Translations under genes and position numbers: made by a program
Notes under the pieces: generated by a model
What the model was told of the DNA's origin: nothing
The model's input: the letters and a program-made list of their open reading frames with translations, nothing else
Database searches by the model: none
Shown: piece by piece, positions 1-13,074 of the stretch
Position numbering within the stretch: position 1 is the stretch's first letter
How the letters are laid out: every line of letters begins with the position of its first letter
Source: Dimorphilus gyrociliatus
Lineage: Eukaryota; Animalia; Annelida
DNA length: 64,000 bases
Assembly (NCBI GenBank): GCA_904063045.1
Contig: CAJFCJ010000013.1
Coordinates: forward strand, 850,156-914,155
Direction of reading: 5' to 3'

Positions 1-129
1 CTTACTCTATATAAAATGGACAAATAAACTTAAAGCATTGTACTATAAACGCCAGACGCCGCCTCCCTACCTCCCATCAGACGATTATGAAATTATCATT
101 AAAATCTTGAATGAGTTATATTATCAAAG

Positions 130-1300
130 ATTCCAAATGGTCTTGACAATCAGGTAGTTAGACTTCTGAGGGTGGCCTGTTAAAGTAAAGGAAAAATATA
201 GCTAGTTCCTTAGTCGACGTTTATTAGTAAATCATCAACGAATGTTGATTGAATGACGGTTGTATGAGATAGAGGACTATAAGGGAGGATATGGGAACTT
301 GCGAAAAATTCAAATTTAAAAATGCTGGCTATTAATTCTATTTATAAAACTCATCAATGTTAGTACACTCTCAGGGCTCTAGAGACCAAAACAGATATAA
401 TGACACTTCTCTCTCTATCTGCGTTCTAATTAAAACATATTTGATAGGAGATTGGAAATGAGAATCAATTAGAAGAGTCTATCTCAAAAGAGAAACTCCT
501 AATTTTTCACTTCTCTCGATTATTATCTGAAGATTATATTATCTAAAAATGTGCTAATGCAAAATTCTCTCCCTTCCCTAGGTTGTTTAACCCAAAAAAC
601 ATAAACATTATTATCTTTAAAAGAAAAGGATAATGTCTTTGTTATATATGATATTCAGTCAATCCTAAATCATGTAAAATTCTTTGATATTGAGTCTTAT
701 CGACCAGGTATAGCGGAAGAAAATTATAGAGTCGTCTTCTCGTCTAGAAACAGGGTTTCTAACCGCTTTGATCGGAGATTTTAAAATTCGCTACGACTTC
801 TTGTGACCTCATAACGGGCTGCCGAGTTCATTTGTGGTTTTTATAAAGGGTTCATAAACTCATTGGCCCAATCACATGATTTAGGGTGCAAGCAATATAT
901 AAAAGCCAATTTAATTCTCTAGGGAATACTGGGCTACCAAGTAGAAGTCATCCAGAAACATCATTGATACTTGTTAGAATCAAAAAATTTTACATAGTAC
1001 ATCTATTAATATGCTACTGCATTTGGTAGGTTTTGACTATTTCAACGTTATGGCGTACAGTTTACTTGCGCAAAGTCCCATTTGCCAGATAGGGCATAAA
1101 TGTTGCTATTATCGGAGGAAGTTATTAATATGGCAGTGCTCTTTAGGAGCGCGAAGACGTTTTTTCTCGAAGATGCTCAGTTAATGTATATTCTTTTTTT
1201 TAAAAATTCTATATTTTTAAGCCAACAAGGAAGAATCAGATCCTAATTTAGATTACTGCCTGTATACTCCTTCAAGTAATTAAATCTTTAAATTTTACTG
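130..1300 (-). mobile_element. Highly degenerate reverse transcriptase/RNase H fossil, possibly DIRS-like
   Basis: Minus-strand translation of 965-800 reads MMFLDDFYLVAQYSLEN*IGFYILLAP*IM*LG...ELG, matching RT (Y/F)LDD...LG...LG spacing. Weaker RNase H-like remnants follow in order (IDSSN ~475, IELIA ~335, LSR ~145). Many stops and frameshifts. Confidence 0.4.
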
Positions 1301-1705
1301 TACACTCCACTGGAGATGCGCGTTTTTTTATTAAATAAGTTGAAAATAATTTTCTAATTTTCCTATTTTGTAAAGCTTGTGTAAAATTACGCTTGCAGGG
1401 GCTAAATTTAAAGCCAATAGCTCTTCAGAATAGCTTAGACTTTGGCCTATTGGAATAGTAACTTTGATCATTCTAATAGCATTACTATTTAGACTTATTA
1501 AGAAAATTAAATATTAAATTAGAACGATTTTATATACGATTGTTGCAAATCAAAACAAAGATAAGCATCAAATTCTTATCAGATCTGATAAAGTAACTTC
1601 GTTTAATCCTTTTCCTCAGTTTAAAATACTAAAGTCTAAATGACAATTAGAAAAAAAAAATAAAACAACATACAATATATGAAATATAAACATAAAATTC
1701 TTTGA

Positions 1706-2896
1706 CTAATCAAAATAGCCGCCAGATCCAATAGCTACAGATTCCTCTGATCCAATTGGCATATAGTCGAGAATCCACATTAAGTCGGTAAGAACAACTA
1801 TAAGAAATTGGAAAAAAATTTGCTAAGAATACAACTTTAACGTATTTGAAAAGGATAACAAACGTAATTCTTTCGGCTTTAATGTTGTATAAATTGGTGA
1901 ACAAGTTGAATTACATGGTTCGCGTGGTGTTAATCGAAATTTATTTTCACCCTTTAGTTGCGCAATCCAAACCATAGGCAAATTTATATCGGCTGGCTTA
2001 AACTTGGCGGTTGTGTAGCGGGAGGAGATTAGAAGCCAATTTGTTTCGCCCCCTTCGACCATGGATGGCATAAAGTATGGTCTTTGATAGAATGTTCGTA
2101 GTTTTTTTGCTGCTTGCTTATCGCAATTTTCCCTTTAAATAGAGAATGAGATTATTAATAATCTGTTTAATTGAAAAGCATTAATTATACATACCAATGA
2201 GCGTACCAATTTGTTATATGATTATTTGATGCCAATTCCAGGAGTTTTGGGAGATTACCCCTTTTCATCCGAACATTACTAGCATACATGCAAGGTGGAG
2301 CAGATTTTAATTCTTCTTCTTTTTCAAAAATTTGCCTTAAAAAGTTAATATTATAAAGAGATACTGCTGGCCAAGTGTTATCAACAGCATCGGTCACAAT
2401 AAGTGGTCTATCTTGCTTTAAGAAATTTTCAGCTACCAAAGCTGAACTAATATTGGACAATCTGGGAATTAGCTTGATATTTTCGCATAATTCGCAATCT
2501 TCATTCGTTAAGGTTCTAATTTCATGAAAAGGATTTGGAATAAGGCATTCATCCATGTAAAATGACGACCATCCGTTATACTGTACTGTCTGTAAAAGGG
2601 CATTTGAAGTTAATCAGCCAATTTAACGCTCGAATACTTACATAGATGAATATTGTCTTCGCTGCCCAATAATAGGATCGTTTGATGAATTCAATATGAC
2701 TTAGGGCGTAAATAATAAAGAATAATATGAGCAGAATTGAACAATATCTTTTCCAAGCTCTCCAGCTCCATTTTCTTTGTAGTTTCAGCAACGATCCAGC
2801 CTGTTTCTGGATATCTTGATCGGTTAATCCTTTCTCCCGGCTTTTCTTTAATAGTTCTTCTATTTTATTGCTTATTTCACGACGCTTCTCATCCAT
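1706..2896 (-). CDS. C6orf89/BRAP-like type II membrane protein with cupin/JmjC-like C-terminal half, 4 exons
   Basis: Approximate exons 2896-2642, 2589-2190, 2124-1863, 1790-1706, joined by GT-AG introns. One TM segment, then PLIVTDA..W, WY.HWENC..AAKKLRTFYQRPYFMP, WIAQLKGENKFRLTP..PC, as recalled for C6orf89 homologues. Confidence 0.75.
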
Positions 2897-4289
2897 CCGT
2901 CTTCACTCCTAGCCGTCGTCTGCTATTAGAGGTTTAACTTCCAAACAGAACTTCAGATGGCGCAACCAGTCATCAATGAGTTAATTTCCTTAAATTAACC
3001 ATAATTACGAACAATTGTCGTTTTGTTCTACCTCAATCGATAGAATAGTCATAAAGTTTGATGTTTAATGTCATATTGATTATTTATATTTTCATAGCTG
3101 ATACTCCTCTGTAAACATAATAATTTTCATAATAAAAAAAAAACAATCCACTTCGTCTGGTGCACGTAGGAAAGGAATTGAAGTAGAACATTTCGTATTC
3201 CACCTGGAGTCATCTCTTATCATATATTAACAGCCAAACACCAATTATTCATAAATTTCTCTCTGCTCTATTCTATTTTTCGCTGTTCAAATGTTTATTA
3301 GTCTGTAATTTTGAAATAGGAAGTCGACTCTCTTCCTTTAAAGCAAAAACTAGAACAATATCTATCTTAGAGCGATTTATTTCACTATTTCAATGAAAAT
3401 TCTTTCTTAAATTACCAGTAGGCCTACGTTTGTCAAGGGAATCTAACTAAAGGAAAGAATGGGAGTTCCTAAAGAAAAAACAAAAAATACTAAAGTAAAT
3501 TCTTTTTTATCTCCCCCTACCTTCTGCTGCGCTGTTTCTATGGAAAAGGTGGAAGAGTGCTTAGTAATAGGATAAGGTTTGAACTACATTTAACCTCCAA
3601 CTAAGTACTGTTGATTTATTTAAAATACGCTAGGCTGTTTTTCTTCAAATTGTATCCTTGTGCCCTAATTTCTACAAGCTAAATTAGAGGAATCGAATTC
3701 TAATTAAATCAGTAGACATCTCTATAAATAGTATAAAATTTGTCCTTATATTCTTTTCAATATTTAATTTTATTGTGTTGGCCTGTTTTCGCTTGACAAA
3801 CAAGCTTTTTTTATTAAAATGTATATTATGGTAGTGGTAATAAAAACAAGGCGAAGAAAGAATATACTAATTCTTTAAGTATAACGGCAAAAAATAATGG
3901 ATATAGTAATAAAATTACGTATAGCCTAATAGCATTTGTCATAGTAGTTGGAGTGTTTAAACTTACCCTAGGGGTCAAGAGGTTAACGGGTTTACTAAAT
4001 TTATTTCTTACTTTTGTGCAATTGTTCTCATTTACAAAAGGAATATATAAATATCCGCTTATGTCGTATATGGGATATATCAGTAATTCGTTGTTAGGCT
4101 ATAACTCCTACTTAAACATTGCTTGTCTGGTTTTAAGTTTCGGACAATGATGAATGAAGGATTTTGAGACGTGTTTATGTTTTTTTAGTACTATAATTAT
4201 TTACATTCTTTAGAACTAGTAATTTCGCACTGTAGGTGGTGGTTATTACTTATCACTTAGGTTTACATTTTCCAGCTGTTTTAATGTCA

Positions 4290-4680
4290 TACAGAACTTT
4301 ATACGAAATAAGGCGTATTCCTAGAACCATTATATTAATTTAGTCTAAAGAGGACGAGAGAAAATTATTCGTAATAAGGCCTGCTTCAGCTCTTTACATT
4401 TTTATAAGAGAAGGTCATCCAAAAGATAAATTACCTAAGATGATTAATAATCGCAGGTGTGTGAATATTTCAACAGTAAATCAACTGCAATGGGCGCCAC
4501 GAGTGGGATAAAAATATCGTCTAGGGAGACACTAAGGGACGAATAATTAATTATCTTAATTAAAATAAGAAAAATTCTATAGTTATATTTATATTCAGCG
4601 TTTAACTGCCTGAATAAAATCCTCCTTTACTCTCCAATGCTGTAATGTTCTAGACGTCTAAAGAAAGAAAACGTCAATAA
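4290..4680 (-). mobile_element. Possible second degenerate RT fragment, non-LTR-like
   Basis: Minus strand 4435-4300 reads VIYLLDDLLL*KCKELKQALL...TKLI, then VLGI after a frameshift. An SLDV motif lies upstream at ~4660. Stops throughout, so this may be chance. Confidence 0.25.
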
Positions 4681-4956
4681 TTCAGTCCTTCACCCTAGTG
4701 ACGCTCTCATGGCGGCCAAATATAGTATAAAAAAGTAATTGCTCTTTTTTTAATTTATGCCTAGTTGTAACCGACCAGATCTAATAAAGATTTTTTTAGC
4801 TGGATAAAAACGAATAATGTTTTATCATTATCATTATCCAATAAATAACAACTCAATTGATGAACAAATCATATACAGTATAAGCTAAGTTTTCAAAGAG
4901 TTTATTATAAAGGAAATATACTGAGTATATAACATAAGTATACTGTTAAGGTTTAT

Positions 4957-4964
<8 letters not shown>

Positions 4965-5002
<38 letters not shown>
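4965..5002. repeat. (AT)n microsatellite
   Basis: Pure AT dinucleotide run. Similar runs at ~38983-39018, 44642-44670 and 61553-61585; (CT)n runs at ~27372-27392 and 29150-29172. Confidence 0.95.
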
Positions 5003-5013
<11 letters not shown>

Positions 5014-8000
5014 GATGTTTAATATTTAAGTAAATTTTAAGCATGTTATATATAAATTATAAAACAGGCGTACTAACTCCGCGATTATCAAACCAATACG
5101 TAATTAACTAAGCACACGTTTTTTTCAAGCATAAGCGAATTACGTACGTTGCAAGAATAAGTACAAGCATGGCACAACACACGTTTTCGACATCGAAAAG
5201 AATGGGGAACCAAGGTTTTGGCTTTAGTTAACAACATTCAGCGTCTTCTTAACGTTATAGTGATGCTCTACTAATACAACTTTCCTTCTATCATACAAGT
5301 GACTTTTCTTACATAATATCATGTAACATTTTTTTCGTTTACATTTTATATTCATAAATAGATAAAAATAAATAGAGAATAAATATATACGTATACATGT
5401 GTGGGCTATACACACGGATATACATATGTATTTAGAAAAGCGTTGAGGATAAAATATAGGATATAGGAGACGAAGTATATCGATTGTGTACAGCTGTAAA
5501 CTTTAGTAAATTATCTATGAGTAAGCTTTTGAAGATGTTCTTTTTCTTATTTTTAAATAATGGTTGCTATTGAGTTTTTACAGCTGGTTTTTGCCATATA
5601 ACAATGAACGTAAAAATAGAAACTTAAAAGGAGTATTAACTATAATCTCATAACTTCTACGAACACTTAAATATAAAAAAGGACAGTAAAACAAAAATAC
5701 AAAGAGAACGTGGAAAGAAGCAGAAAAATATAATTTGATTATTAAAAGTGTAGGAATGTGAGTTCGCTATTGATTCTTTGGAAAGAAACCCTGTAGAAAA
5801 AAAAAGATATATACCAATTATATATTTATTTGAAAATAGATATTTTTTGACTGGTATAAAAAGCTGCAGCAATGGAATGCCATTAATCAGGCATCTGTCG
5901 CTTAAAAACATATGTTTAAAACGAGGTTAGCTACTGCATCACGTGCATTTTCTATAAATAAACAAATCGTAGCAATATTCAACTCAGATGTTGAAGAAAC
6001 TATAGAAAAACATATAAAGAAATACGAACTTAATCATTTCCAGAACTCTTTCCTTTTCTAACAGTATCATAAAATTCTTATCTCGTGAGGAGCGACAAAA
6101 TAGTCACCATTAAAAGTATATGAGCTGCAATTGATGCGCTTCCGCTGTTAACGTTTCCTGAAAATTTTAAAAAGTTTATAAAGAACAATCGAATTGAGAA
6201 TCATCGGACAATACAAATATAAAGAAGGTAATCATAATAGAAAAGGTTTTCTCAAATTATTTCTCAAAAAGTTAATAACCAAAATCAATAAGAAAAGTAC
6301 TATTGAGCCATTTACAATTCACATAAAAAAGCGGCTTCGGCATTTTGTAAATCATTTTATGGAAATTGACAAGAATTATATTGACAAAAAAAATAAGAAA
6401 ATATAATCATGCAAAATTATGCTCATCACTGTAGTTATAAGCTTTGTATCCATCACGTTTTTTTGCCGTTGCAAGAATCGTATTAATTACGACATCGCAA
6501 GAGCCAGATACCTTAAAAACAATCGGCTAGAGACACTCATTTTATAAAGTATACTTTCTGTGCTGCAATAATGTTTACTTGACATATTCCTGTATATATA
6601 TATATACTGTATATATATATACAGTATATGTATATTATATTAATATCAACGTAATAGAAAATATTACATTTCAAACTCTGTAAGATATAACTCGAAACTA
6701 CTATTGAATATAACTTTATATTTGAAAGGGTGTTTGATAAGAGCTCATACATCTTGTTGTTCTAATTGATTTCACGGCAATTATCAACGTATTAAATATT
6801 ACTCGCCTTGTTTTTCCTCTTTATCTATCTTTATCTAAAAAAAAACAGTATTTGACAGGTTTTTTTCCTATTATTAACTATATATCATTTCTATTCATAG
6901 TTTGTAACATATTTTATCGACTTGGATAATAAATCAGACACTTGAATTTATCTTATATTGAGTAAAAAATGTTTCTCTCTTTTATGTTATGATCACCTAT
7001 TATTAGATACAGAATTAATATTCTCTAAATGCAATTATTTAGAATAATTGGTAGTAGTCTGCTTACTTGATGCATATTTTGTATAATTTGTAAATTACTA
7101 CGAATATCCCAATCGATATTCCCTCGTAAAAATCACTTATTTTATTATTCGTTTTTTTTATGTGCATAACATGTTTTTTTTTGCTGCAGGGAATTAATCA
7201 TATGTATATTGTATATCACAAAACTGCTCCTTCTCTATTTGATCCTTTGGGTAATTAAGCTTTAACCATAAATGAAAATAAATAAGCTATTTTTACTCTG
7301 CCACAAAAATATCTAAAACAACAAATTTACAAGTGTAAGAAATAATATTTAATTATGTTAACTAGTGCACGGCATATGATATTTTTATTAAATTAAGTCT
7401 ATATTTCATCAAATATTAAATAAACTCGAGAAAGATTTATAAACGATATAAAAAAAGTAATATATTTCTTTTCGATTTTTGTCTTTCCTGATATATAAAT
7501 TAGTCTCTGATTCTATATATTTTAAACTTTAATTGAAAAATTTTAGTCATTAAAGTAAAATTATTTGTAGATCACACGCTAAGATCAATCTGTCATTGTA
7601 ATTTAGAAGAATGAAATAGTAAAATAAATAGGACATTGTGTAGAAAGGGAATCGCTTTAAATCTACAGTTGGTATTTTTCTGGTACCTCCTTTATCAGAA
7701 AATTTATTCGAATTACACCATTGAAATGTATAAATATAGGTCAGGTCAGGATATATATATATATAATAATAATAATAGGACTATATCTTCTGACCATAGA
7801 TATATAAATACGCTAGAGAAAAAAGTGAAATATTTTCTCTCAGTATTTTATTTAGAACATCTGGCGAGACATCGCAATCATTCAAGTTTAATATATTAAT
7901 AAATATTACAACAAATCATCTAGTTGTGCACTTGACAAAAATTTACTTTATACATCTAAAAGCATTGAAATGTTACGTTGTCTTTGTGAAACAGAAAATC

Positions 8001-8108
8001 AGATTGTTATCTATAATATTATTAGACTTTTATCCTAGATTTTACAGTTTAATTGACTAGATTTCTTCCTGTCTTAGCAAGTTGTTATATTAAGTTTGTC
8101 TCCTTGTC

Positions 8109-9890
8109 TCAGAGGAGGAAGAAAAAGCTAATTAATAAAGCCGTAAGACCGCAAAACATACGACTATGAAGCGTCAGATCGTTTGCCTTACCACTATGGT
8201 TGTAGTTGCCCTTATCGGTCGATTTTTCTGTTGTATCTTCTGCAAAAATTTGTATTGGCACTAAAATGTAAGCCCGGTTGCTATCGACTCATTCACTCGA
8301 TGATATATTGGTGAAAATGACCTCGTCATTACTCCACACAATGATTTTAATGTTAATTTTACTTAATTTTTCGCAAAGTAGAAGCATCACAATAAAGTAA
8401 AATAAATTACTGATGCATGCATTCAAAATGGTTAGTAAAGTAGGTAAAGTAATATTTGAAATGAAAAACAGAAGCCTAGTAGAAAAAAAAATACCTATAC
8501 CGACATAAATGTATGATATAAAAAGTATAAACATGAGAGACTTACCTGCCCATGAAATAGAAATTTCTTTTTCATTCGAACCATGCTCATTTTCTGCCTT
8601 CAATTTTAAATCCAAGCTTTCCAAAAAGCTTACATCAAATTCATTTGTAGATAAGACCAGTTCAAGCTTGTATTCATCATCGATCTTAGATGATTCAACG
8701 GTTATTGTGGTATTGTCTACAATCACCGTTTTATTTAAGGGATGCAATTCGAATTCTTCATTAACAGACCATTTCCAATCTTCCGTAAGAGGATTCATGT
8801 AAATACTACAAGAAATATTAAACGGTCCAGATGAGGATTTCTTGATGTGAGTATAATCTTGACATTCAAATTCCGGCTTGCTAACAATTTTCAACGTGCG
8901 ATGAATGATATCAGATTCGCTTTCAAACTTCTTGGCTGCTGCCTTCAGTCTAATACTTCCCTGGTTATCCGTCAACTTAAAATCACTAAATTTTGCCGTG
9001 TATGTGTAATAACAAATGGTATGTTGATAAATCACATCTATTTTACTCTTATCGCATTCGACATCAGGACCATCCCATTTCACAGGGCTCTCTTTTTCAT
9101 GTTCTCCACCATCAAATGTTATGATTGGTTTTTCTTCTGTTTTCAAAGATACTTTGTATTGAAGCCTTTTAGTTTTATCCGATTTTAATACAATAATTGG
9201 GTCTTCACTCTCCTTCTCCAGTTCTTTTTCCACAGTTTCGTTTATGTTTTGAGTAATTTCTTTTAATTCAGTCGATTCTATCGGTAAGTATGGTATTACT
9301 AGTTTAGTCTTTATATAGGTGTTTGGAGATATTCCGCCCGTTGACGGTCTACAAGCAAATTCACCCATATCATTGGGTCCTATGTCAGTCATTGTAAAAC
9401 GAAGATATCTTCCATAACCTTTCTCTGCGTATGATTTGTAATTCACAGGATAAAAGTATCTGTTCTTCGTAAATTCTGTTGGTGGAGATTCGGCGGAGTT
9501 GAGATGACCTCCGAGAAACTTATACTCAGAATCTCCGTTATCCTTTTCGAATTTTTTGAATAAACTAATTTTCATTTGCTTTTTTGGCTCATCAACGCTG
9601 CATACCAGCGTAATATTGCCACCCTTCTTCAACTGTTGCAATTCTTCTTTACTCTTACTGGCGTACAACCCCACACTAGGATAAACTGGAAAAGTTCCAA
9701 AAAAAAAAAAAAATCAATATGGAAGATGGCGCGCAATATTTTGTTACTTACATTTGCCAACTGGACTGTTGACTGTATAATCGATTCTCCCTATTAGATG
9801 TAATTTGAAATCCTCATCTTCACGCGTGTCTGATGACTGAACAGATATAACAAATAAGCATATCCATAGTAAAGTGATAAGAGCCCTCAT
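8109..9890 (-). CDS. Secreted Ig-superfamily cell-surface protein (about 3 Ig-like domains), probably GPI-anchored, ~476 aa
   Basis: Exons 9890-9752 (signal peptide MRALITLLWICLFVISVQS), 9685-8546 (Ig motifs ITLVC...DMGEFAC; FNISC...LKAENEHGS) and 8260-8109 (NHSGKANDLTLHSRMFCGLTALLISFFFLL*, GPI-like tail). Both introns are phase 1 and the total length is divisible by 3. Confidence 0.75.
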
Positions 9891-10722
9891 TATCGTTTAG
9901 TTGTAGCGTCACTTTCAAATTCTAACCGTTATTTAACAATTCCTTGACTCTTTATTGAAGAGAATTGAGCTTCAAATTTTCATTCACCAATAGTTATATC
10001 CAAAGTATTATGAAAACGTAAATGCACTGAAATCGGCAAGAATATGAATTACCCAACGTTTATTCTTCTATTTGCTATTATGTTAAATATATTTGTAAAA
10101 GCGCCATCTGCAAACTATCGATTCCCGCCGGGGTACTACTAAAAATGGGAACGCATGCACGTTCTTTGAAAAGAATCTTCCCCCAGCAGTTCGCGGAAAT
10201 TACAAAACGAATCCTCTGAATTAAAGAAATTTTTGCTAAATTCGCTAATATTTTTAAAATAAGAGTATCAATTTTTGTATAAGCATATCTAATAGATGTT
10301 TTTTTTTTAAATGGCATTTCCCTTCTCGGAAAATTTGACTCATATTTTATAATAATCAGAATTAAAATAGAGCCCACTACCAATTTAACACAATCTTCGC
10401 CTTTTTTCTACATCTATGCTGTAACAGTTAATTAAGAAAACAGGATTTTCCAGAAAATAAAGAAATTTTTTAGAAATTTCCTTGCTTTTCAAATCTTACG
10501 AAATCGCTAAGAATTTATCATTAAAGTAAAAATTTAAAGACAACTATCTAAAACGTAATACTTCTAGATAAATTATAAATAAAGAATATCTGTTTTAGCC
10601 TTCGAATAAGCTCAATGCATACCGTGGGATAAATTCGTTGAAGGAGATGAACTCACTCTTTCCCAGACTTAGACTGATCATTCTCTTTGGATTAAGGTGA
10701 CATAGAGGTCGCTCTATTAGGC

Positions 10723-12487
10723 ATGGCCTGTAAATTATCCGCTTTTCTGCAAAATTTATACACAACTTGCGGTAAGAATTTATACATATTAAAATATTAT
10801 TATAAATTGTTGTATTTTTTTAAGAAAAAATTATATTGCTATTTGTACACTATTAAATTTTCTTAATTGTTCAATCTTTTGAGCGATAATAAAACTATTT
10901 TTCTCATTAGGGAGAAGCTCTACCGCTCTTTCTTGCACAGTAAGTCTAATCAATTAAAAATATATTGCTTATATTAAATTGATCGTCCAACGCTACTAGA
11001 TCACACGCCAGCCCTTTCGTCATTTGTCATATACCGCTGTAAACTATGCTGCACCACCGAAAGCGCCGGGTGGCAAAAAATCGTATCAGCGTGATAAACC
11101 TCACTTGAACGTGGGAACAATTGGACATGTTGATCATGGAAAAACAACTTTAACAGCAGCTATTACCAAAGTTCTCTCAGAGGACAAGAAAGCTAGCTTT
11201 TTAAAATATGAGGACATTGATAAAGCTCCCGAGGAGAAAGCTCGAGGAATTACTATTAATGCTGCAATAGTCGAATATGAAACAGAGAATAGACACTACG
11301 GACACGTAGATTGTCCTGGTCATGCTGACTATATTAAAAATATGATAACCGGTAATTTTTTAATACTACCTGAAAGATATTACTTAAACGAGATAAATAT
11401 CATTTCTTGTTCATAATTGTGACAGGTACGGCTCAGATGGATGGTGCTATTCTGGTCGTTGCCGCTACTGATGGTACTATGCCTCAGACAAGAGAACATT
11501 TAATCTTAGCGAAGCAAATTGGAATCACCAACATTGTTGTCTTTATTAATAAAGCAGATGTTGCGGATGATGAAGAAATGTTAGAATTAGTAGAAATGGA
11601 AATCCGAGAATTATTGACAGAATTTGGTTTTGATGGAGACAATACCCCAATTATTCCCGGGTCTGCTTTATGCGCTCTTGAAGGAAATCGACCAGAAATT
11701 GGCAGTGAAGCTATCAAAAAACTATTAAATGCCGTTGACACTTATATTCCCCAACCCAGTCGATCGCTCGATGAACCATTTGTTCTACCTGTAGAACAAG
11801 TTTTTTCAATCTCTGGTAGAGGAACAGTAGTTACGGGTAAACTTGAGCAAGGCATAATTAGAAAAGGAGATGAAGCTGTAATTATGGGCCATGGAAAAAC
11901 AATAAAAACAACAGTAACTGGTATTGAAATGTTTCGTAAGCTATTGGACAAAGCTGAAGCAGGGGATCAAGTTGGAGCCCTGCTTCGTGGTCTTAAAAGA
12001 GACGACATCAGGCGTGGTCAAGTACTTGCGAAACCAGGCGCAGTTGAAATGTATAACCATTTCAGCGCTCAAGTTTATTTACTTGGAAAAGATGAAGGAG
12101 GTCGAGGAAAGCCTTTCCTCAACCATTATCAGGCTCAGCTATTCTGTAAAACCTGGGATGCACCAGCTATTTTTATGCTGCCAGAAGAAAAAGACATTCT
12201 TATGCCTGGAGAGGATGCGCTTGTTAACTTTATCATGAGAAAAAGTATGGTTTTGAATAAAGGTGAGTTTTATAATGTTTTATTAAAATTTCATAGAAAT
12301 TCAAAGAAGCATATTTAATAATTGAACCTTAAAAAAAGGTATGCGATTTACCATGAGAGATGGTCAGCACACTCTTGGATATGGCGTAGTTGCCGGTTTA
12401 AATGAGGATTACAACATTGAAGGTTACGACCTAGAGAGGAAAAAAGAAAAGAAAGAGAAAAAGAAAGCCGAAGCAGCAGATATGTAA
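10723..12487 (+). CDS. TUFM: Mitochondrial elongation factor Tu
   Basis: Exons 10723-10771, 10911-10939, 11000-11351, 11426-12262, 12339-12487. Motifs [50 protein letters not shown]; N-terminal transit-peptide-like leader. Confidence 0.97.
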
Positions 12488-13074
12488 TATAAACTCAAAC
12501 TGGTTTAATGAAATGTTATTTGTACCTAGAGAGAAAAATAGACATTTTTAAATTACGTGTGCTTGTAACACAGATATCAAATCAATAGTTTAAAACTTTT
12601 ATCTCGCTGACAAATCTCTTCCAAACATTAGATAATTCTCTGTTCTTCAAACGGCTTCTTATTAAAAGATTCAAATGAATAAAATCTAAGATAACAATTT
12701 TTATCTAGCGGCAAATCCATCGGTAAACAGTTATTAGTTAGAATTATTGAATAAATTGGTATTTGTCTTAATTAGTATTGAATCAAGGTAATTAAAAGAA
12801 TCACTCTTATTACTATTCTAGCCAATTATTACGCAATTATTAATATTGCTTGTAGTGTCAAATTGAAATGATAGTATTTCAAATTTCAAATTTACCTCCA
12901 AACAAAACTGGTAAAAAAAGGTGGAGTAAAACTCAATAGCAACATCCGGTGACTAATTGACCACCAAAATATTAGCATTAGTTGCCGTTAAGGGTTTGGA
13001 AATCCACTAGATAATCAGATAAAATATAAATTAATTAATAGGTTTATAAAACTTCAGTGTAAGGCGTACAAATA

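Noticed and set aside
5980-6410. Fragments resembling a retroviral/Maverick integrase (FKKFIKNNRIENHRT, IYNSHK)
   Set aside because: Motif spacing is inconsistent, no DDE core can be assembled, and the sequence is A-rich, so chance is likely.
3953-7899. Several 60-90 aa ORFs in the AT-rich region between the C6orf89-like and Ig genes
   Set aside because: Their composition (I/Y/F/K-rich) mirrors AT-rich non-coding DNA, most have non-ATG starts, and no splice-consistent model could be built.
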